Below the pieces are notes generated by a model, which saw only the letters and a list, made by a program, of their open reading frames with translations, made no database searches and was not told the origin of the DNA. Source: Gemmatimonadota bacterium (GTDB taxonomy: Bacteria > Gemmatimonadota > Gemmatimonadetes > Gemmatimonadales > GWC2-71-9). Taken from it: 64,000 nt of DNA. Shown here piece by piece: positions 1-8,200 of this stretch. Position numbers and translations under genes: made by a program. Each line of letters starts with the position of its first letter. Within the stretch, counting starts at the first letter, position 1. The stretch is from contig QHUU01000059.1 of NCBI GenBank assembly GCA_003222155.1, positions 77,578 to 141,577 on the forward strand, given 5' to 3'.

Positions 1-746
1 TTGGTCACACTGTCGAAAAATCCGCGGAACAGGTCGAGCGGCAGCGGGAAGATCGTCGTGGAGTTGTTCTCGGAGGCGATCTCCGTGACCGTCTGCAGGT
101 ACCGCAGCTGGATGGCCGCCGGCTCGGTGCCGATGATGTGCGCGGCCTGGGCCAGCTTCTCCGACGCCTGGAGCTCGCCCTCGGCGTTGATGACCTTGGC
201 GCGGCGCTCCCGCTCGGCTTCCGCCTGCCGCGCCATCGCGCGCTTCATCTCGGGCGGCAGGTCCACGTCCTTCACCTCGACCGCCGCAACCTCGATCCCC
301 CAGTTCTCGGTGCGCTTGTCGATGATGTTCTTGAGGATGTTGTTGATCTTCTCGCGGTTCATCAGGAGCTCGTCGAGCTCGGTCTCGCCCAAAACGGACC
401 GCAGCGTGGTCTGCGCCAGCTGGCTCGTGGCGTACAGGTAGTTCTCGACGCCGATCACCGCCTTGACCGGATCCTTCACCAGCATGTAGAGAACGGCGTT
501 CACCTTGATCGAGATGTTGTCGCGGGTGATGACGTCCTGGGGCGGGATGTCCATCGCCACCACGCGGAGCGACACCGTCTGTGTCTTGGCGAAGAGCGGC
601 GGCACGTAGATCAGGCCCGGACCCTTGGCGCCCCACGAGCGCCCGAGGAAGAAGTACACGGCCCGCTCGTACTCCCGCAGCACTTTGAGGCCACCGAAGA
701 GATACAGGGCCAGGACGCCGAGCACGGCGGTGATCACGATATCCAC
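1..746 (-). CDS. SPFH/band-7 (stomatin/prohibitin-like) membrane protein, 3' end cut by window edge
   Basis: Absent from the ORF track (no stop in window). The reverse strand from GTG 746-744 (GGAG 8 nt upstream) reads [36 protein letters not shown]...[68 protein letters not shown], a typical stomatin-type SPFH core. Confidence 0.8.
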   Translation of the reverse strand, partial: MDIVITAVLGVLALYLFGGLKVLREYERAVYFFLGRSWGAKGPGLIYVPPLFAKTQTVSLRVVAMDIPPQDVITRDNISIKVNAVLYMLVKDPVKAVIGVENYLYATSQLAQTTLRSVLGETELDELLMNREKINNILKNIIDKRTENWGIEVAAVEVKDVDLPPEMKRAMARQAEAERERRAKVINAEGELQASEKLAQAAHIIGTEPAAIQLRYLQTVTEIASENNSTTIFPLPLDLFRGFFDSVT

Positions 747-758
747 GGGGATTCTCCT

Positions 759-1964
759 TCAGGCGGGAAAGGCTTCGACGATCACCGCCGCGCCCTGACC
801 GCCGCCGATGCAGGCGGAGCCGAGTCCGAAGCGCTGCTTGGCCCGTCGCAGCGCGTGGAGCAAATGGATCGTGACGCGCGTGCCGGTCGCGGCGAGCGGG
901 TGGCCGATGGCGATGGCGCCGCCGTGCACGTTCGTCTTGGCGCGGTCCAGCCCCAGCTCCTTCTCCACGGCGAGATACTGCGGCGCGAACGCCTCGTTCA
1001 CCTCCACCAGGTCCATCTGCTCGAGCTTCATGCCCGCCTTCTGCAGTGCCTTGCGCGCCGCGGGGGCCGGCCCGATCCCCATGTACTTGGGCTCGACCCC
1101 CGCCACGGCCCAGGCCACGAGCCGGCCCAGCGGCTTCAACCCGCGCGCCTTGGCGTACGCGTCGGCCGCGATCACGGTGGCCGCCGCGCCGTCCACGATC
1201 CCGGAGGCGTTGCCGGCGGTGACGAGCCCATCCTTCTTGAAGTACGGCTTGAGGCCGAGCAACCCCTCGAGCGTCGTAGCCGGCCGCATGTGCTCGTCGG
1301 CGCGGTACTCGGTCGGCTCTCCCTTCTTGCCCTTCACCGTCACCGGTACGACCTCGTCCTGGAACACGCATGCGTCCCAGGCCTGCTTGGCGCGCTGCTG
1401 CGACCCGAGGGCGACCTCGTCCACTTCCTTCCGGGTCAGCTTGTACTGCTCGGCGAGGCCCTCCGCTGTCTCGGCCATGGAGAGGCCGCATTGCGGGTCC
1501 TTGAGCGCTTCCCACAGGAGATCCTCGAGCGGCGCCGGCCCCAGCCGCAAGCCCCAGCGTGCGCCCCGGACCACGTGGGGCGCCTGGCTCATCGATTCGG
1601 TGCCGCCGGCGAGCACGGACTGCGCCTCGCCCAGGATGATGAGCTGGGCGCCCTGGGTGATCGCCTCGAACCCCGAGCCGCACAGCCGGTTCACCGTGAC
1701 GGCGGGGACTTCGATCGGCAGGCCTGCCTTGAGCCCCACGTGACGGGCGCAGTAGATCGCGTCCGCCGACGTCTGCAGAGCGTTGCCGAACACCGTATGG
1801 CCGACGTCGCCGACGGGAACGCCCGAGCGCTCGAGGGCGTGCTTCGCCACCACGGCGCCGAGCTCGGTCGCCGACAGGTCTTTAAGCGTGCCGCCGAAGC
1901 CGCCGAAGCCGGTGCGCACGCCGGACAGGAAGACGACGTCCGTATTGGAACCCTGGGTCTTCAT
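759..1964 (-). CDS. acetyl-CoA C-acetyltransferase (thiolase II)
   Basis: ORF 759..2084. The likely true start is the ATG at 1964 (MKTQGSNTDVVFLSGVRTGFGGFGG). Thiolase motifs are present: VNRLCGSG, NEAFAPQ, NVHGGAIAIGHPLAATG and C-terminal ACIGGGQG. Confidence 0.9.
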   Translation of the reverse strand: MKTQGSNTDVVFLSGVRTGFGGFGGTLKDLSATELGAVVAKHALERSGVPVGDVGHTVFGNALQTSADAIYCARHVGLKAGLPIEVPAVTVNRLCGSGFEAITQGAQLIILGEAQSVLAGGTESMSQAPHVVRGARWGLRLGPAPLEDLLWEALKDPQCGLSMAETAEGLAEQYKLTRKEVDEVALGSQQRAKQAWDACVFQDEVVPVTVKGKKGEPTEYRADEHMRPATTLEGLLGLKPYFKKDGLVTAGNASGIVDGAAATVIAADAYAKARGLKPLGRLVAWAVAGVEPKYMGIGPAPAARKALQKAGMKLEQMDLVEVNEAFAPQYLAVEKELGLDRAKTNVHGGAIAIGHPLAATGTRVTIHLLHALRRAKQRFGLGSACIGGGQGAAVIVEAFPA

Positions 1965-2045
1965 GGGGGAATGCTCCGCGTGAGACGAGGGGAATATCGG
2001 CCCGATCGCGGGGGGGCGGTAGGGCGCGGGGTCCCGATCCTGTGG

Positions 2046-2111
2046 GAGTCGCGGCTGAAGCCGCGGCTCGGCCCTGCCGCTCAAGCGGCCCGGTCAGGCC
2101 CGTTTACGGGC
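2046..2111 (-). terminator. two GC hairpins downstream of the permease gene (possible intrinsic terminator without a U-tract)
   Basis: GCCCG-TTTA-CGGGC at 2098-2111 and CGCGGC-TGAA-GCCGCG at 2050-2065 (extendable to 2046-2069). Both lie in the 165-bp spacer after the stop at 2130. Confidence 0.3.
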
Positions 2112-2129
2112 AGACGCCGAGCCGCGAGT

Positions 2130-3464
2130 TCACTCGCGCCCGCGACGGTGACGCCATGTCCACACGAGATACGCCGGGATCCCGGTCGCGACGATGCCGA
2201 GGCCGATCACCGCCTGCACCGGCCGGGCCCAGATGGTGTTCACGACGATCGCCACGGCGGCGGCGATAAACAGCGCCGGCGTGACGGGGTACCCGGGCAC
2301 GCGGAACGGCCGCGGCGCATCCGGGCGGCGGCGCCGCAGCACGAATATGCTCGCCGCCGCGAGTGCGGCGAACATCCAGCTCGCGAACACGACGTAGGTG
2401 AAGAGCTGCTCGAACGTGCCGCTGAGCGCGAGCAGCGTCGCCCACACGGTGCCCGCGGCGACCGCGAGGGCCGGGGTGCCGAAGCGGGGATGGACCTGCG
2501 ACAACGAGCGGAAGAAGAGGCCGTCCCGCGCCATCGCGAAGTACATGCGCGGGCCCGTGAGCGCGAGCCCGTTGGCCGCGCTGAAGATCGACACGAGGAT
2601 TACGAGGGTCACGAGCTTGGCTGCCGCGGGGCCGAACAGCGCGTGCACCGCATCGGCGGCGACACGGTCGGAGGCGGCAACCCCGGGTGCGCCGACCGCC
2701 CCCACGTAGCCCGCGTTCGCCGTGAGGTAGATCGCCACCAGCGCCGCCGTCCCGAGACCGATCCCGCGCGCGAAGGTGCGCTGGGGATCGGCGGCCTCGC
2801 CGGCGGAGTTGGTGACGTCCTGCCAGCCCTCGTACGCCCACAGGACGCCGAGCAGCGCCACGCCGGCTGCCGAGAGCGACGCGGGCGACACGGGGGTCGC
2901 GAACACGCGGGTGCCCGAGTGATGGAAGCCGGTGCCCAGCACGAGGCCGGCCACCGCGAGCGCGAGGATCGCGCCCACCTTGAGGGCGGTGCTCCAGTTC
3001 TGGACGGAGGCCGCGTACCGCACGCCCCGGATATTAACCGCCGCTACGGCGGCGATCATGGCGACGCCGGCGAGGTTGTGGGCGAGCGGCGTGAGCGGCA
3101 CCAATTCGCCCAAATAGTTCGCGAACGCCACCGCCAGGGTCGCAGCCGAGCCGGTGTTGATCGCGAGGAACAGGGTCCAGCCGAGCAGGAAGGCGGGAAG
3201 GGGACCGAACGCTTCGCGCACATAGGTGTAACTTCCGCCCGCATCCGGTAGCATGCCTCCGAGCTCCCCGAACGTGAGCGCGCCCAGCAGAGCGAGCACG
3301 CTTCCCACGACCCACACGACGAGCGCGACTCCCAGGTCGCCTCCCGACTGCCGCAGCACCGATCCCGGGACCGTGAAGATCCCCGACCCGATCGTCGTGC
3401 CGACGACGATGAGGACCAGGTCCCGCAGCGTGAGGACGCGGGCGAGCTCCCGCGGGGCGGTCAC
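2130..3464 (-). CDS. APC-family amino acid permease
   Basis: 444 aa, GTG start. The N-terminus LTLRDLVLIVVGTTIGSGIFTVPG and about 12 hydrophobic segments are typical of amino acid/polyamine/organocation transporters. Confidence 0.85.
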   Translation of the reverse strand: MTAPRELARVLTLRDLVLIVVGTTIGSGIFTVPGSVLRQSGGDLGVALVVWVVGSVLALLGALTFGELGGMLPDAGGSYTYVREAFGPLPAFLLGWTLFLAINTGSAATLAVAFANYLGELVPLTPLAHNLAGVAMIAAVAAVNIRGVRYAASVQNWSTALKVGAILALAVAGLVLGTGFHHSGTRVFATPVSPASLSAAGVALLGVLWAYEGWQDVTNSAGEAADPQRTFARGIGLGTAALVAIYLTANAGYVGAVGAPGVAASDRVAADAVHALFGPAAAKLVTLVILVSIFSAANGLALTGPRMYFAMARDGLFFRSLSQVHPRFGTPALAVAAGTVWATLLALSGTFEQLFTYVVFASWMFAALAAASIFVLRRRRPDAPRPFRVPGYPVTPALFIAAAVAIVVNTIWARPVQAVIGLGIVATGIPAYLVWTWRHRRGRE

Positions 3465-3477
3465 GGCGGGAGCCGGG

Positions 3478-4260
3478 TCAAAACAGCCGCCCCAGGTTGG
3501 TCGTGATGCCCACGAACACCTGGTCCGGCGTCCCGTCGGTTGCGCCCGCCGCTCCCCCGGCGTCGACCACCGCCCACTCCGCCAGGCGGATCGTCACCGC
3601 GCCCAGCACTCCCGCGAGCCGCGAGCCCGCCCCGCCTGGCGTGAATTCGAACAGCTCGACGGCGAGCCCGACATGACCGAACGTCCGCGAGCCGCCCAGC
3701 GACACGAACCATTGGGGCGCGCCCGCGCCGACGCCCTGCGGTCCGGCGTTCACGTCGACGTGCACACCCGGCAAATCGGCGCTGACCAGCGCGACGAGGC
3801 CGCCGAGGGCTCGTCCCGCTCCCAGCCCGCGGGCCTCGCTGCCCGTGGGTGCCGTCACCGACGGCACCAGCGCCACCGCCGCACGGGGTGACAGGTCTGT
3901 GCGCACTTTGAGCGCGGCGCCCAGGTCTCCCACCCCCGAGCCCGCGGACGCGCGAGCATACAAGGGCCCGAACAGTCCGAGCTGCACGTGGCGCGAGAGG
4001 CCGACCTTGAAGTTGACGTCCCAGCTCGTCGCGTCGCGCAGCGAGCCGGTGCCGCGCGCCGCGAGGCCCTGCTCGAGCTCGGCGTAGCCGGGGGCCACCG
4101 CATAGGCGTGGGTAGCGAAGGTGGGGCGCTCGGGGTTCGCTGCACGGGGAGACTGGGCCACGGCCGGCGCGGCAGCGCCCGTCGCAAGCGCGGCCGCGGC
4201 GCCCAGCCACCGCCGCCGCCGGCGGACGCTACAGCGCGCGCCCAATCGCTTGGGCCACAT
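3478..4260 (-). CDS. outer-membrane beta-barrel protein (transporter/MetA-pathway-like), secreted
   Basis: ORF 3478..4329. Starting at ATG 4260 gives the signal peptide MWPKRLGARCSVRRRRRWLGAAAALATGAAAPAVAQS. The body has alternating beta-strand character and ends in a terminal Phe (NLGRLF). It overlaps the upstream gene end by 32 nt; TTG 4245 is an alternative start. Confidence 0.55.
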   Translation of the reverse strand: MWPKRLGARCSVRRRRRWLGAAAALATGAAAPAVAQSPRAANPERPTFATHAYAVAPGYAELEQGLAARGTGSLRDATSWDVNFKVGLSRHVQLGLFGPLYARASAGSGVGDLGAALKVRTDLSPRAAVALVPSVTAPTGSEARGLGAGRALGGLVALVSADLPGVHVDVNAGPQGVGAGAPQWFVSLGGSRTFGHVGLAVELFEFTPGGAGSRLAGVLGAVTIRLAEWAVVDAGGAAGATDGTPDQVFVGITTNLGRLF

Positions 4261-5275
4261 CCGCGGTGGTCGCCGTCCCGCCGATATCCGGCGTCCGCAC
4301 GCCCGCCGCGAGCGTCTCGGTGACCGCACGCTCGAGGTCGCGCGCCGCCTCGGGATGCCCCAGCTGCTCGAACAGCAACGCCCCCGTGAGCACCGCCGCC
4401 ATCGGGTTCGCGATCCCCTTGCCCGCGAGCGCGGGTGCCGACCCGTGCACCGGCTCGAACAGGCCGGCCCGGCCGGGGTGGAGATTGGCGCTGGCCGCGA
4501 GGCCCAGCCCGCCCACCAGTCCGGCGCCCAGGTCGGAGAGAATGTCGCCGAACAGATTGTTCGTGACGATCACCTGGAAGCGCTCCGGCTCGCGCACCAG
4601 CTCCATCGCCAACGCGTCCACGTAGCGGTGCTCCGCCTCTATCCCGGAGAACTCGGCGGCGACGCGTCGGAACGTCTCCTGCCAGATGCGGTGCGCCGGT
4701 ACGGCGTTGGCCTTGTCGCTCATCGTGACGCGGGTTTTGCCGTGCGCCTTGGCCCACTCGAACGCCGCGCGGATGATGCGCTCGACCCCCGCCGCCGTGT
4801 TGACCTCTTCGGCTACGTAGTCGGTCCCGGCGATGCGGCCGCGCCCGAGGTAGACGCCTTCGGTGTTCTCACGAAAAATGACGAAGTCGATGCGCCTGTC
4901 CTTACCGGAGAGTGGGCCGCGCAGCGGCGTGAGATCGGGATGGAGCAGGCGCACGGGGCGGAAATTGACGTACAGGTCGAGCTTGAAGCGCAGGCCCAGC
5001 AGGATGTCGCGGGCATGCTCGTTCGCCGGAACTCTGGGATCGCCGATCGCGCCGAGCAGGATCGCGTCCACGTCGTCGCGCAGGTGGCGGAACGCCGGCT
5101 CGGGGAGCGTCTCCCGCGTCGCGAGGTAATGATCGGCGCCGTAGGGGAGGCGCTCGAGATCGAGCCCGACGCCGTGCTTGGCGGCGGCCCGTTCGATCGG
5201 TCCGAGCGCCGCCTCGATCACCTCGGGGCCGATGCCGTCTCCCGCGATCACGGCGACCCGATGGTCGTGTGTCAC
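4229..5275 (-). CDS. isocitrate/isopropylmalate dehydrogenase family enzyme (tartrate/D-malate dehydrogenase-like)
   Basis: GTG start at 5275 overlaps the upstream stop (GTGA). Family motifs are present: RVAVIAGDGIGPEV, FRENTEGVY, NLFGDILSDL and GSAPALAGKGIANP. Confidence 0.85.
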   Translation of the reverse strand: MTHDHRVAVIAGDGIGPEVIEAALGPIERAAAKHGVGLDLERLPYGADHYLATRETLPEPAFRHLRDDVDAILLGAIGDPRVPANEHARDILLGLRFKLDLYVNFRPVRLLHPDLTPLRGPLSGKDRRIDFVIFRENTEGVYLGRGRIAGTDYVAEEVNTAAGVERIIRAAFEWAKAHGKTRVTMSDKANAVPAHRIWQETFRRVAAEFSGIEAEHRYVDALAMELVREPERFQVIVTNNLFGDILSDLGAGLVGGLGLAASANLHPGRAGLFEPVHGSAPALAGKGIANPMAAVLTGALLFEQLGHPEAARDLERAVTETLAAGVRTPDIGGTATTADVAQAIGRAL

Positions 5276-5958
5276 TCGAAGCCCGTCGCCCGGCCGCAGC
5301 TCACGCAGTAGCGCCAGCCCACGTCCACCTCGCCGCCGCAAGCGGGGCAGCGCAGGTCCCCCGAGGGCGGCTGCCCGCACTGGGGACAGAAGTTCACCTT
5401 GCGGCTCCCGGGGAGCGTCTCGCCGCAGTAGGGGCACTGGCGGGGCGACTCGCTCTGCTCCGCCAGCTCGAACGCCGCGCCCGCGAGGGGCGCTCTCTCC
5501 CCTCCGGTCTCTCCTTCATCACCCTCGTCCTCCCGCTCGGTGGCCTCGGCGGACTCGGGGCTGAGGGGCGGGGGGGGCGGGGCGGGCGGGGGGGGAGCGT
5601 ACGCGCGATCGCCCCGGAGAAATCGCTCCGCCGCCAGTCGGTTGAGGCTCAGCAGCGCGTCGGGGAACTGCCGAAACAATGCGGTGTCGGGGTTCTTCTC
5701 CCCCGCCTCGCGCTCGAGCGCCTCCCGGACCTCCGCCGGCTCGAGCGAGGCGTACCCCCGCTCGCCCGCGAGCAGGCGCAGCACCGCCATCTCGTAGTCC
5801 TGGTGCGTGGCGACCTTCAGGGTCGAGCGATTCGAGCGGTATGGGACGAGCCGCTCGTAGACCTCTGCCGCTGGGAACGGCACCGCCAGCCGACCCGGCG
5901 CGTCGTCCGCCAGTACGCTCACCAGCCGCTCGAACAGCCGATCCAGATCGTCAGCCAC
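5272..5958 (-). CDS. hypothetical protein with proline-rich linker and C-terminal double zinc-ribbon
   Basis: 228 aa, GTG start at 5958. The C-terminus is CPYCGETLPGSRKVNFCPQCG...CPACGGEVDVGWRYCVSCG (four CxxC pairs). The central linker is APPPPAPPPPPLSPE. Confidence 0.6.
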   Translation of the reverse strand: MADDLDRLFERLVSVLADDAPGRLAVPFPAAEVYERLVPYRSNRSTLKVATHQDYEMAVLRLLAGERGYASLEPAEVREALEREAGEKNPDTALFRQFPDALLSLNRLAAERFLRGDRAYAPPPPAPPPPPLSPESAEATEREDEGDEGETGGERAPLAGAAFELAEQSESPRQCPYCGETLPGSRKVNFCPQCGQPPSGDLRCPACGGEVDVGWRYCVSCGRATGFE

Positions 5959-5961
5959 GTG

Positions 5962-5984
5962 CCCCGTTTCCCTTTCCCGTTTGC
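5962..5984 (-). repeat. G-tract heptamer array, (GGGAAAC)-type, intergenic copy
   Basis: The sense (minus) strand reads CAAAC GGGAAA GGGAAAC GGGG. It fills the 28-bp spacer between the stop at 5987 and the GTG at 5958. It is related to the arrays at 12289-12317 and 62945-62973. Confidence 0.85.
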
Positions 5985-5986
5985 CG

Positions 5987-7054
5987 TCATTTCACGATTA
6001 CGACCCCCTTCATGAACGGATGCGGGGTGCAGTGATAGGTGTACGTGCCGGCCTTGTCGAAACGATGGACGTACGAGCCGTGCGCCGGAATCACCGGCGA
6101 TCCGGGCTCCGCGCCGTCGAAGGTCACCGTGTGCTCCACGGGGTCGCGATTCGTCCAACGCACGGCCTGTCCCGCCGAGATGGTGACCGCGTCCTTGCCG
6201 TACTTCAGTGCGGCCATGTCGACCTCCGCCGCGACCGTCTCTCCGGCTGCTCCGCGCGCGACCGGCTTGGGCGAGCCATGGAACCACGGGCTGAAGCGCT
6301 TCAGGTGGAGCGGGATCGTGAACTCGAAGCCGTACAGCACGTGGCCGGGGCCGAGCGCGGCGTATCCGACGGACGCTCCTTGAATCGTCGCGCTTTGGGC
6401 GTTGCTGGCTTGCAGCGAGAAGGTGTGCGGGGATCCCGGGATCAGGAAATCGATCGCGGCGCTCCACGCGGCGCGCCCGGCGGGACTCACGAACGATCCG
6501 AGATCGGCGTTGAGCGCGATATACGGCGTCACACGGACGTCGAAGCCGCCGGCGAACGCCGCGGCCCCGGTCCCGGATTCCCCAAGGCGGCGCGACACTG
6601 CGCGCGCGGCACCGTGGAATGTGACCGGACCCTGCGTCCAATCAATGCCGAGCTCGCCGTCGACGCTCTTCGCCAGGAAGTTGTACGCCGGCGTGACGGC
6701 GACGGCGAGACCGGGGCGTCCTTCGGCACCGTAGACGCGCCACCGGGCGTAGAGCTCGGTCTCGTTGCTCGATTGGGCCGCCGCTCCCGTCCCGACGATC
6801 GACTTCGTTGCCAATCGTCCGCCCAGGGTCACATTGTGACCGAACCCAGCGGCGAGGGTGAAGGTGGGGTGATTCTCTACGAAGTGTGACGGGCCTGGGA
6901 ACACGTAGAAGCGATGGAGGAAGTTGAACTGCACGACCCCGGCGTCCGGAACCCACGTGCCGCCCAGGTTCGGCGGGCGATACAGGAGGGACTGCGCGCC
7001 GAGCGGCGCAACAACCACCAGGGTGAGCACAGCGAACCAGGCATGCCTTGTCAC
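5987..7054 (-). CDS. secreted beta-barrel-like domain fused to a C-terminal type-1 copper cupredoxin (plastocyanin/amicyanin-like)
   Basis: ORF 5987..7117. The preferred start is GTG 7054 with GGAGG 4 nt upstream (VTRHAWFAVLTLVVVAPLGAQS signal peptide). The C-terminus VEHTVTF...YTYHCTPHPFMKGVVIVK carries the His/Cys/His/Met type-1 Cu ligand pattern. Confidence 0.7.
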   Translation of the reverse strand: MTRHAWFAVLTLVVVAPLGAQSLLYRPPNLGGTWVPDAGVVQFNFLHRFYVFPGPSHFVENHPTFTLAAGFGHNVTLGGRLATKSIVGTGAAAQSSNETELYARWRVYGAEGRPGLAVAVTPAYNFLAKSVDGELGIDWTQGPVTFHGAARAVSRRLGESGTGAAAFAGGFDVRVTPYIALNADLGSFVSPAGRAAWSAAIDFLIPGSPHTFSLQASNAQSATIQGASVGYAALGPGHVLYGFEFTIPLHLKRFSPWFHGSPKPVARGAAGETVAAEVDMAALKYGKDAVTISAGQAVRWTNRDPVEHTVTFDGAEPGSPVIPAHGSYVHRFDKAGTYTYHCTPHPFMKGVVIVK

Positions 7055-7087
7055 AGGGCCTCCATGAAGTGAGACGTGCGGCCTTCC

Positions 7088-7118
7088 AATCCGCAATCCG
7101 CAATCCGAAATCCGCAAT
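7088..7118 (-). repeat. tandem heptamer repeat (AATCCGC)4 on the plus strand, equal to (GCGGATT)4 on the sense strand
   Basis: Units are aatccgc aatccgc aatccga aatccgc followed by aatt. The array lies in the 67-bp spacer between the dCMP deaminase stop (7122) and the cupredoxin-fusion start (7054). Confidence 0.9.
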
Positions 7119-7121
7119 TGT

Positions 7122-7625
7122 CTAGCGCCATTCCTGAACCCACTTGTCGTACAGCACGGGCGTCACCTTTCCCTGCGCCAGCACCTCGATCCCGGACGGA
7201 TCGCGGTACGCCTTCCGATAGAACACGTGCGTCACGCCCGAGTTGATGATGAGCTTGGCGCACATGACGCAGGGCGAAGCGCTGACGAACACGACCTTGT
7301 CGCGCACGCTCCCCGGCGCCTTGACCAGTGCGTTCATCTCGGAGTGAATGCAGCCGCAGCTCCCCGGCACGGCGGAGTCGCACTTGTTCGGCAAGCCCCG
7401 GGCGTTGCCGTTGTACCCGATTGCGAGCACGTTCTCGAGCTGCTGATCGGTCACCACCGTCCCCACCTGGAGCCGCACGCAGGTGGAGCGCTTGGCCAGC
7501 TCCTCGGCCATGCGCATGTACACCTCGTACAGGGGGATCCGGTCGACCGGCGGCACGGCCGCTCCGTTCGGCAGGAGGTTGAGAGTGTGCGTGTTCGCGG
7601 CCACGCCGTCTCTAGCGACGCTCAT
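7122..7625 (-). CDS. deoxycytidylate (dCMP) deaminase
   Basis: ORF 7122..7787. Starting at ATG 7625 gives 167 aa. Zinc-deaminase motifs are present: CIHSEMNAL (HxE) and SPCVMCAKLIINSG (PCxxC). Confidence 0.85.
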   Translation of the reverse strand: MSVARDGVAANTHTLNLLPNGAAVPPVDRIPLYEVYMRMAEELAKRSTCVRLQVGTVVTDQQLENVLAIGYNGNARGLPNKCDSAVPGSCGCIHSEMNALVKAPGSVRDKVVFVSASPCVMCAKLIINSGVTHVFYRKAYRDPSGIEVLAQGKVTPVLYDKWVQEWR

Positions 7626-8199
7626 GCAGCTCCTCGTCGGGGTCGTAGGCCGAGTACCGCCCGCGCGCCCGCTCGTGCGCCAGCCAGGAGTCGAACTCCG
7701 ACGGCACCAGGCCGTTGGACCGCTCCTGGCGCTCCGCGGCGCGCATCGCGAGCGCGTTGGCGTATTCGTTCTTGGCGTGACCGGCATGACCGCGCACCCA
7801 GCGCCACTCGATGGTGTGGCCGGCCGCGGCCTGCACCAGCTTCTGCCACAGCGGGAGGTTCTCGATCGCGCCGCCCTTGCGGCGCCAGCCGCGGGCGATC
7901 CATCCCGGTACCCACTCCGTCATTCCCTTGATCAGGTACTCCGAGTCCGACACGTAGACGACACGGGCGCGCTTCCACTGGCGGTGCAGCCACTCGAGCG
8001 TCGCGATCGCGCCGGCGAGCGCCATCTTCTGGTTGGTCGTGTCGGGAGAGCACTCGTACAGGTCCCAGCGCGCCACGCTGTCGCCCGCCGGAGCCTCGAC
8101 GAGCGCGGCGTTCCCCCCCGGGTTGGGGGGCTCCGTTCCGTTGCCGAGGCAGCTCTCGTCCGCGTGCACCAGGACGCGGGTCGCGGGTGCACCGGTCAT
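7612..8199 (-). CDS. rnhA: ribonuclease HI
   Basis: 195 aa. RNase H signatures are present: VHADESCLGN, TNQKMALAGAIATLE, VVYVSDSEYL and WRWVRGHAGHAKNEYANALA. Confidence 0.85.
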   Translation of the reverse strand: MTGAPATRVLVHADESCLGNGTEPPNPGGNAALVEAPAGDSVARWDLYECSPDTTNQKMALAGAIATLEWLHRQWKRARVVYVSDSEYLIKGMTEWVPGWIARGWRRKGGAIENLPLWQKLVQAAAGHTIEWRWVRGHAGHAKNEYANALAMRAAERQERSNGLVPSEFDSWLAHERARGRYSAYDPDEELHERR

Positions 8200-8200
8200 G

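Noticed and set aside
138-3251. 1037-aa ORF on the plus strand
   Set aside because: It is antisense to three well-supported genes (SPFH, thiolase, permease). Its composition is Arg/Gly/His/Asp-rich with no recognisable domain, the typical shadow ORF of GC-rich DNA.
5555-5605. Long G-run on the plus strand (gaggggcggggggggcggggcgggcgggggggg)
   Set aside because: It is explained by the poly-proline linker (PPPPAPPPPP, CCC/CCG codons) of the zinc-ribbon protein on the minus strand. It does not recur elsewhere and is not periodic like the heptamer arrays.
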